DNA of 64,000 nt, taken from positions 50,676 through 114,675 of the forward strand of contig JBDIWC010000007.1 of assembly GCA_039794085.1 (NCBI GenBank), in the 5' to 3' direction. The first letter of the stretch is position 1. Each line of letters starts with the position of its first letter. The position numbers and the translations under genes are program-made. Below the pieces are notes generated by a model, which saw only the letters and a program-made list of their open reading frames with translations, was not told where the DNA came from and searched no databases. This stretch comes from Gemmatimonadales bacterium (GTDB taxonomy: Bacteria; Gemmatimonadota; Gemmatimonadetes; Gemmatimonadales; GWC2-71-9). Shown in pieces: positions 57,501-64,000 of this stretch.

Positions 57501-58603
57501 GTCACGACTCCGGCATCCTCCTGAATGATCCGGCGGAACCGGTCCACCCAGGCCCGGATCCGGAACCTGTCGAAGCGAGGCGACGCCAGGAATTCCCGGC
57601 CCGCGTCCCGGTATGCCGCGATCTCCCGCGGGCCGAGACCGTGGAGATATCGGCGCAACTCGTCGTAGCGGGGGAATTGCCGCATGTCGACGTAGACCGC
57701 CGGATCGACCCATTCCTCGACGTCGGTCGCTCCCCAGTAGATCGGCACCGTCCCCGCCGCCAGGCAATCGAACAGTTTTTCGGTGATCCAGCCGTCCAGG
57801 CGCATGTTCTCGAAGCACAGGGCAAAGGTGTACTGGCCCAGGGTGGCGATCTTGCGATCGACAGGTCCACGATTCGCCTCGCGGGTGGCCAGGTACAGGG
57901 GATGCGGTCGCACCCGCTGCCAGTGTCGCCAGAGCCACCCCTGGAGCCGCCGCGCGGTGGCGGGCACCCAGGTGTGGCCGACCCGATTCGGCATGCGATC
58001 CCAGTTCTTCCCGTAGAGGTGGATTTCGCCGAAGGAGTGGAAGAAGGCCACCGCCCGGAGCCGCTCGGTGTACAACTCCCGGTCGCGGAGGCGGGGAAGC
58101 TTGTTCGCGTTGATCATCACCAGGAATTGCCGATCGGTACGGGACCAGACCGGAAGGTCCACGGCGTCGACGGACTGGGGCCAGAAGAACCGGTGCGGAT
58201 GCACCGGAGTCCCGGTGAACGGCAGAAGCGAGTCCCCCGTCGTCCAGCAGTACACCCGGGCGAAGAGGTCGGCCATTTCCGGCAGAGCCCGGTACAGGGT
58301 CGGCTCGACGATGGGACACTCCATCGCGAAGTACGCGCTCCGACGGAGCCGGGGGTCGTCCCGCCAGGTTCGGGCGGCATCTCCCCGTCCGAGGGAAACC
58401 AGGAGATTGATTCGGGTGGCCCGACGGGGAAAGGCGTCCGCGGTGTGCACGGCAATGCCGTGGGCGCGGAAGTGGTCGCGCACGGCGATGTGGGGCGCCA
58501 GGAGGTTGTCCCCCCCCAGACGAGCCGCCTCCGCCTCGAAGAGTCGATCCCCGAGAAAGTGGTGGGACGGAGGATCGATGAAGAGGGTCACCTCCGGCGT
58601 CAT
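57497..58603 (-). CDS. GT10 (alpha-1,3-fucosyltransferase-like) glycosyltransferase
   Basis: YTFALCFENM..GWITEKLFDCL.AGTVPIYWG, the GT10 motif. Confidence 0.85.
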   Translation of the reverse strand: MTPEVTLFIDPPSHHFLGDRLFEAEAARLGGDNLLAPHIAVRDHFRAHGIAVHTADAFPRRATRINLLVSLGRGDAARTWRDDPRLRRSAYFAMECPIVEPTLYRALPEMADLFARVYCWTTGDSLLPFTGTPVHPHRFFWPQSVDAVDLPVWSRTDRQFLVMINANKLPRLRDRELYTERLRAVAFFHSFGEIHLYGKNWDRMPNRVGHTWVPATARRLQGWLWRHWQRVRPHPLYLATREANRGPVDRKIATLGQYTFALCFENMRLDGWITEKLFDCLAAGTVPIYWGATDVEEWVDPAVYVDMRQFPRYDELRRYLHGLGPREIAAYRDAGREFLASPRFDRFRIRAWVDRFRRIIQEDAGVVT

Positions 58604-59625
58604 GCCGAGGCCGTCCACCACGGCAGCCTCCGATAGTACCGCCAGTGCAGAAGGTTCGCCGCGGCCTGGAGGCGGGGGAGGAGGAACAGGACTCCCAGAA
58701 TCGCCCAGAGCACCAGGTGCCGGGGCCTCCTGATCCGGCGGCTTCCCAGGAGATCCCGCACCCGCACTCCCTTCCACACGGACCGACCCTGTTCCGGGCG
58801 ACCGAGGATGTACGCGTTCACCGCCACCCGCAGGTGGTCCACCGCCCGGTGAGCGGCGTGGGCACGCCGGGCGACCGGCGTGACCTTCGCGGCACCGTGC
58901 TCGTCCAAGTGCCGGGCCATCACCGCAAAGTAGTTCTCCGGTTCGGTCCGAAGCGCCTGATAGGATTGTCCCTGGCTCCCCGCCGAGTGCCGGTAGCCGA
59001 AGAGATGTTCCTGCAGCAACCCCACCGGAGCGTGCCTGGCCATGCGCAACCACATGTCGAGGTCGGCGGCGCTGCCAAATTCGGTGCGGAATCCTCCCAC
59101 CGCACGGTAGCACTCGACCCGGGCCATGGCACCGGGCGTCGGCAGAAAAACGTTCTTGAACTCCAGGATGCCATTGAGGACCGTGGGGTAGTCCAGGACG
59201 GATTTCCCGCGCAGGGATGCCGGCACGGCGAGGCGTCCGTACTCCCGGCCGGCGGCGTCGAGGAACCGATCGAGACAGAACACCACCCCGACCTGGGGGT
59301 GGGCATCGAGAAAGGCGACCTCCCGGGCCACGATCTCCGGGTGGTAGACGTCGTCGGCATGGAAGACCGCGACATAGCGTCCCCGCGCCCGGGCAATCCC
59401 GTCCTCCACATTGGGGAACTGGCCCCGGTTCCGCTCCTGCCGAACGTATCCGATCCGATCGCCATACGCCTGCGCGATCCGTGGTGTCTCATCGGTCGAG
59501 GCATCGTCCATCACCAGAATCTCCCGGTGCATCCACGTCTGAGCCACCAGGGAATCGAGGCAGGCTGCGAGGTGCCAGGCTCCGTTGAAGACCGGCACGA
59601 CGATGGTGACCTCGGGCACACTCAT
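58600..59625 (-). CDS. GT2 glycosyltransferase
   Basis: VVPVFN, MDDASTD, FHADD and ADLDMWLR motifs. Confidence 0.9.
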   Translation of the reverse strand: MSVPEVTIVVPVFNGAWHLAACLDSLVAQTWMHREILVMDDASTDETPRIAQAYGDRIGYVRQERNRGQFPNVEDGIARARGRYVAVFHADDVYHPEIVAREVAFLDAHPQVGVVFCLDRFLDAAGREYGRLAVPASLRGKSVLDYPTVLNGILEFKNVFLPTPGAMARVECYRAVGGFRTEFGSAADLDMWLRMARHAPVGLLQEHLFGYRHSAGSQGQSYQALRTEPENYFAVMARHLDEHGAAKVTPVARRAHAAHRAVDHLRVAVNAYILGRPEQGRSVWKGVRVRDLLGSRRIRRPRHLVLWAILGVLFLLPRLQAAANLLHWRYYRRLPWWTASA

Positions 59626-60404
59626 GATCCGCGATCGGGGGTGGCCCGGGCCAAGGCCAGGAGCGTCCGTCCCAGAGGCAGGGAGAGTCCCCCCGCCACG
59701 AGGGCGCCCTCCACCCGGAGCCACCCACGCTTGAGCCGCCAGGACACTCCGGGCTTCGGCGCCTGCCCCAGGTGACCCACATACCCGTTGCCCGCCAGCC
59801 GGTGCGCACGGAGTTCCCGCGGAATCTCGGCCAGACCGAGCAGGGCGTTCAACCGTCCGATCCGAATGACCTGGAATCCGGTGGCGGCGAGCTTGCCGCG
59901 GAGTTCAGCGCGGGAGTACTTGTGAAAACTGTGTCGCGGATCATCGGCCACGCGAGGAACGGATTGCGCGTTCGTCCGCAGCAGAAGCGTCCCCCCGACC
60001 TGGAGCACGCGACGGATCTCCCGCAGGGCCATCACATCTCCTCCGTCCAGGGGGAGGTGCTGCAGCACATCGAGGCAGACGACGGCGTCGAAGTTCCGGT
60101 CCGGGAAGGGCAAGGTCAGGGCGGACGCCCCGCAGACCCTCTCGCCGTGCTCACCAGCGGAACGGAGGGCTTCGGGAGATACATCGATGCCCGTTCCCGT
60201 CCACCCGGGCCATGTCGCCTTGAACCAGCTCATGGTCAGTCCGGAGCCACACCCCACATCGAGCAACCGCCCCCGGCTCGGAAGGTGACCCCGCGCGAGC
60301 AGCATCTTCGCGACATCTCGCATCCCCGCGTTCCACCAGGACAGGGCTTCCAGCGTCCGGAGGTGCGCATCGTACTCGCGGGAAAAGATCATCGGTCCGG
60401 TCAT
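59622..60404 (-). CDS. Class I SAM-dependent methyltransferase
   Basis: LLDVGCGSG, GIDVS and FDAVVCLDVLQHL motifs. Confidence 0.9.
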   Translation of the reverse strand: MTGPMIFSREYDAHLRTLEALSWWNAGMRDVAKMLLARGHLPSRGRLLDVGCGSGLTMSWFKATWPGWTGTGIDVSPEALRSAGEHGERVCGASALTLPFPDRNFDAVVCLDVLQHLPLDGGDVMALREIRRVLQVGGTLLLRTNAQSVPRVADDPRHSFHKYSRAELRGKLAATGFQVIRIGRLNALLGLAEIPRELRAHRLAGNGYVGHLGQAPKPGVSWRLKRGWLRVEGALVAGGLSLPLGRTLLALARATPDRGS

Positions 60405-60414
60405 CCAGGTTCCC

Positions 60415-61311
60415 TCATGGTGTGTCGGTGGCGCTCCATGCTCCCCGGACCTCCCCCCACGCCCAGGCGAGGCACAGGAGCAGGAGCGGCCCAGCACCCA
60501 GCGGGATGGCCCGACGGCCCCAGCGATTGCCGACCGCGCGCCGGATCGCGCGCCCGGTCAGAATCCAAGGCACGAACGGTGCCACCAGGGTGATGGCCCC
60601 CGGACGATGTCCGAACTGGCGCACGCGCGCCCCGCCGTACAATCTCGCATGCCGGTATCGCCGGGTCATGGCTGACATCAGCGCCGACGGCCCCGCAAGA
60701 TCCGCCAGGACGTCGGGGACCCGCACGACATGTCGGCCCCGCGACCTCAGCCGGGCGTGGAATTCCACCTCCCAGAACCCCCGGGCGAGCAGGTCGGGAT
60801 CGAGCAGAAGGTCCTCGCGCCGGTAGATCGCCGTGTCGCCCGGGATCTCCGCCGTGCGGACGGGGGGGGCTCCCGCCGGCCCCGGCAGAAACGCCGAGTA
60901 CCGCGCCAGATAGACTCCCGCCGTGGCCGGGCCCGCACCGGGAGCGAGTCCGATCCCGCCCGCGGCGCCGCTCACCCCCTCCCCCTCCCCACGCTCGAGT
61001 TCGGTGAGCAGGCGGCGGGCCCAGGTGGGATGAACCAGAAAATCCGTGGAGAGAAACCCAACGTAATTGCCTTTTGCCACCCGCAGACCCTCACCCCACT
61101 GCACCGGCACCAGGGTCCCCGTGCGGGTGGGAATCACGGTCACCCGGGTCCCGTCGGGCCAGAGGAGGCCCCGGGTCGCCGAGTCGCCGACCAGGATCAC
61201 CTCGAGGCGGGCGTCCCGGGTGGCGGCGAGGAGGGCCTCGATGGCACGCTCCGGACTGGCCCCCGGCCCGGGCGACGCCAGAACCACGGTGAGGTCGGGT
61301 CGATTACTCAT
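60415..61311 (-). CDS. Divergent GT2-fold protein, paralog of 10525..11442 and 11439..12329
   Basis: LTVVLAS, LVPVQWGEG, ARYSAFLP, IPGDTAIY, FWEVEFH and WAWGEVRG motifs. Confidence 0.75.
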   Translation of the reverse strand: MSNRPDLTVVLASPGPGASPERAIEALLAATRDARLEVILVGDSATRGLLWPDGTRVTVIPTRTGTLVPVQWGEGLRVAKGNYVGFLSTDFLVHPTWARRLLTELERGEGEGVSGAAGGIGLAPGAGPATAGVYLARYSAFLPGPAGAPPVRTAEIPGDTAIYRREDLLLDPDLLARGFWEVEFHARLRSRGRHVVRVPDVLADLAGPSALMSAMTRRYRHARLYGGARVRQFGHRPGAITLVAPFVPWILTGRAIRRAVGNRWGRRAIPLGAGPLLLLCLAWAWGEVRGAWSATDTP

Positions 61312-61460
61312 TTCCTGTCCCGGAGACTACGCTCGGCGAAGGTCAACCAGGGTTCGCGTTCCCGGGCAAGAACCATACCCACGAAGGGTCCGCGAACCTC
61401 CCCCAATGCACTGATCACTCGGGTATACCGGGCCGGGTGGCCAACGGGGCGCCCGGTTCT

Positions 61461-61565
61461 CGTCGGCTGAAGCCGACGCGATCCACGCTGCGCGTGAATG
61501 CCCTGAAGGGCAAACAGAGGACCCTCTCCCTCCGGGAGAGGGTGGCGCGAAGCGCCGGGTGAGGG
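61461..61565. repeat. 105-bp repeat, copy 2 (direct orientation to 48249-48353)
   Basis: Base-by-base comparison, 4 mismatches. Confidence 0.9.
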
Positions 61566-61592
61566 CATGACCACCTCGCGATGACAGCAGCC

Positions 61593-62531
61593 CTACATGC
61601 ATCCGATCGGGGCGGTGCTCACCACCAGGTTGTCGAAGGTGCGGGTCTGGGTCCCGGGGGCGCCGTCGTTCCAGTAATTCTCCAGATAGAGCGCGTTGAG
61701 GCCGTACTCATCCCAGGGGCCACCCCAGTCGAGATCGGAGCGCCCCGCTTCCCGGCGGCCGTTGATCCAGGTTTCGAACACGCCATTGGCCTGGCCGGCG
61801 GTGTTGAGCCGGACATGGGTCTCGATGCAGAGCCACCGGCCCTCGACCCCGGGGGCGAACACGGGGGAGGTGCGGACCGAGCCGAGCCAGCGGAGATTGT
61901 CGAAGTCATTGTATTTGATGCTCACCAGGCGACCGCTCGTGGAGTATCCCGAGGCGGGATCGAGGACCAAGTGCTGGTCCCCCGGTCCACCGCTCCAGAC
62001 GTGGGCAATCATCCCCTGGGCCCACGAGCGCGACGATGCGAAGTTGAAAATGCGCATGAGCTTGACGCCCCCGCCGCCGGTCCATTCGGGGCCATAATGG
62101 ACCCAGGCGCGCCACCAGAGCTCCCGATGGACCGCAGTCCCGGCGTCGGCCGGGCGGGAGTAGGACTGGGGGGTCCTTCCCAGGGCCAGGTGAAGAAAGC
62201 CGGCATCCACCATGCCCCGGCGGAAGGTGACCCGCATCCCCGCTGAGCCGTCCTGCCCCGCCCCCTCGGTGCGAACGAAGGCACCACCGGCATTGCTCAC
62301 CTCGAAGTACGACCCCAGCCGGTCGCGGTCGAAATCGTCGCACCAGACCCACTCGGCGCGGGCCCGGTCGCACTCGAAGGCGAGAGCGGGGCTCGGAGTT
62401 CCATTGTCCCCGCCTGAGACGCCCCCTCCCGGGGGGCGGGGAATCCCGACGATGGGATTGTCCACCGGGGAGCCGGCACATGCCAGAAATGACGCAATCA
62501 GCAAAGCCTGGGGAAATCGGATCATGGTCAT
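61593..62531 (-). CDS. Putative lipoprotein with a lectin/polysaccharide-lyase-like beta-sandwich domain
   Basis: FLAC lipobox; WCDDFD, GGVKL, WLCIETHVRLNTAGQANGVFETWING and FDNLVVST motifs; AAGGAAGG RBS. Confidence 0.75.
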   Translation of the reverse strand: MTMIRFPQALLIASFLACAGSPVDNPIVGIPRPPGGGVSGGDNGTPSPALAFECDRARAEWVWCDDFDRDRLGSYFEVSNAGGAFVRTEGAGQDGSAGMRVTFRRGMVDAGFLHLALGRTPQSYSRPADAGTAVHRELWWRAWVHYGPEWTGGGGVKLMRIFNFASSRSWAQGMIAHVWSGGPGDQHLVLDPASGYSTSGRLVSIKYNDFDNLRWLGSVRTSPVFAPGVEGRWLCIETHVRLNTAGQANGVFETWINGRREAGRSDLDWGGPWDEYGLNALYLENYWNDGAPGTQTRTFDNLVVSTAPIGCM

Positions 62532-62639
62532 GGGGCGGCCCTTCCTTGGGGTTCCGCATGAATGTGGGACGGCCCGTGGGCCCCCCCTTCCACCAATTCC
62601 AGCACGATCGGTGCCGGGGCGCCCTCACCTGGGCCCTCG

Positions 62640-64000
62640 CCCCCCCCCCCACCCACCCCGGATTGAACCACAGAGAACACGGAGGACACAGAGGGTGGAC
62701 GGCATCCACGACACGCTCCTCGTCTCGGATTGGGGGGTATCGGCAGGATGGGGGCCCCGCCACCCCCACAAAAAAACTCCAGATCTCGACCCCCCCCCCC
62801 TTCTCCCCGATTCAACCACAGAGAACACGGAGGACGCAGAGGGTTGACGGCATCCACGACACGCTCCTCGTCTCGGATTGGCGGGCATCGGCAGAATGGG
62901 GGCTCCGCCACCCCCCACAACAAAATCCCAGTCTCGGCGCGCGAAGCGTGGAGTCATGGAGATCACACGGAGACCCTCTGTGACCTCCGTGTTCTCTGCG
63001 GTGATTTCTTCCCGCCCTACCCGATCCGGTGCGCCCGGGCATCGGCAGGATGGGGGCCCCGCCACCCCCCACAAAAAAACTCCAGATCTCGACGCCCCCC
63101 CCTTCTCCCCGATTCAACCACAGAGAACACGGAGGACGCAGAGGGTTGACGGCATCCACGACACGCTCCTCGTCTCGGATTGGCGGGCATCGGCAGGATA
63201 GGGGCCCCGCCACCCCCCACAACAAAATCCCAGTCTCGGCGCGCGAAGCGTGGAGTCATGGAGATCACACGGAGACCCTCTGTGACCTCCGTGTTCTCTG
63301 CGGTGATTTCTTCCCGCCCTACCCGATCACCTACGCCCGGGCATCGGCAGGAGAGGGGCCCCGCCACCCCCCACAAAAAAAGCTCCGGATCTCGGCGCGC
63401 GAAGCGTGGAGTCATGGAGATCACACGGAGACCCTCTGTGACCTCCGTGTTCTCTGCGGTGATTCCTTCCGACCTTGCCCGATCCCATACCCCCGGGCAT
63501 CGGCATGATGGGGGGCCCTTCCACCCCCACAGAAAAAGCTGCTGATCCCAGCGCGCGAGACGTTGAGCCATGGACATCACACGGAGACCCTCCGTGTCCT
63601 CCGCGGCCTCTGTGGTGACCCCCCACGTCACCCCGGATTGAACCACAGAGAACACGGAGGACGCAGAGGGTTGACGGCATCCACGAGGCGTTCCCAGTCT
63701 CGGTCCCCGGGCATCGGCAGGATGGGGGCCCTTCCACCCCCCAAAAACAGAATCCGGATCTCGACGCGCGGGGCGTGGAGCCATGGAGATCATACGGAGA
63801 CCCTCTGTGACCTTCGTGTTCTCTGTGGTGATTCCTTCCGACCTTGCCCGATCCCGTGCGCCCGGGCATCGGCAGGATGGGGGCCCCGCCACCCCCAACA
63901 ACAAAATCCCAGTCTCGGCGCGCGAAGCGTGGAGCCATGGAGATCATACGGAGACCCTCTGTGACCTCCGTGTTCTCTGTGGTGATTCCTTCCGACCTTA
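62640..64000. repeat. Mosaic tandem array, >=8 cores with ~150-bp period, running off the right edge
   Basis: Cores GGCATCGGCAGGATGGGGGCCCCGCCACCCCC at ~62736, 62884, 63038, 63186, 63340, 63496, 63710 and 63865. Confidence 0.92.

Noticed and set aside
62640..64000. CRISPR array
   Set aside because: The linkers are ~100 bp and fall into two repeated classes, and there are no cas genes in the window.
1..64000. tRNA/rRNA genes, transposases, integrases, wza/wzc
   Set aside because: None recognised by eye. tRNAscan-SE and HMM searches would be needed to exclude them formally.

Overview
GC-rich (about 65-70% by eye) bacterial DNA. The gene style and the Big_2-repeat lipoprotein are compatible with Gemmatimonadota, but this is inference only. 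Almost the whole 64 kb is one very large surface-glycan (EPS/capsule/glycoconjugate) locus made of several translationally coupled operons on both strands. It encodes about 20 glycosyltransferases (GT2, GT4, GT10-like, and GT-C-type membrane proteins), two Wzx flippases, a Wzy/O-antigen-ligase-like protein, two polysaccharide deacetylases, three SDR epimerases/dehydratases, two Gfo/Idh/MocA dehydrogenases and three SAM methyltransferases (one fused to a flippase-like TM domain). It also carries a B12-binding radical SAM enzyme, an ATP-grasp ligase, a UbiA-family polyprenyl-phosphate phosphoribosyltransferase, a FAD oxidoreductase, an LMW tyrosine phosphatase, a VTC/DUF4956 module and two lipoproteins sharing a lectin/lyase-like domain. 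The most unusual feature is non-coding. Gene blocks are bracketed by matched direct repeats: 174 bp around an amidase/mtgA pair, a duplicated 3' end of the phosphatase gene around a MazF-type toxin-antitoxin pair plus a mosaic repeat array, 105 bp around a 13-kb block, and one mosaic repeat family at ~14 kb and ~62.6-64 kb. No transposase or integrase is visible in the window. A G13 tract frameshifts the end of the FAD oxidoreductase, which is either phase variation or a sequencing error. No rRNA, tRNA or CRISPR array was recognised.
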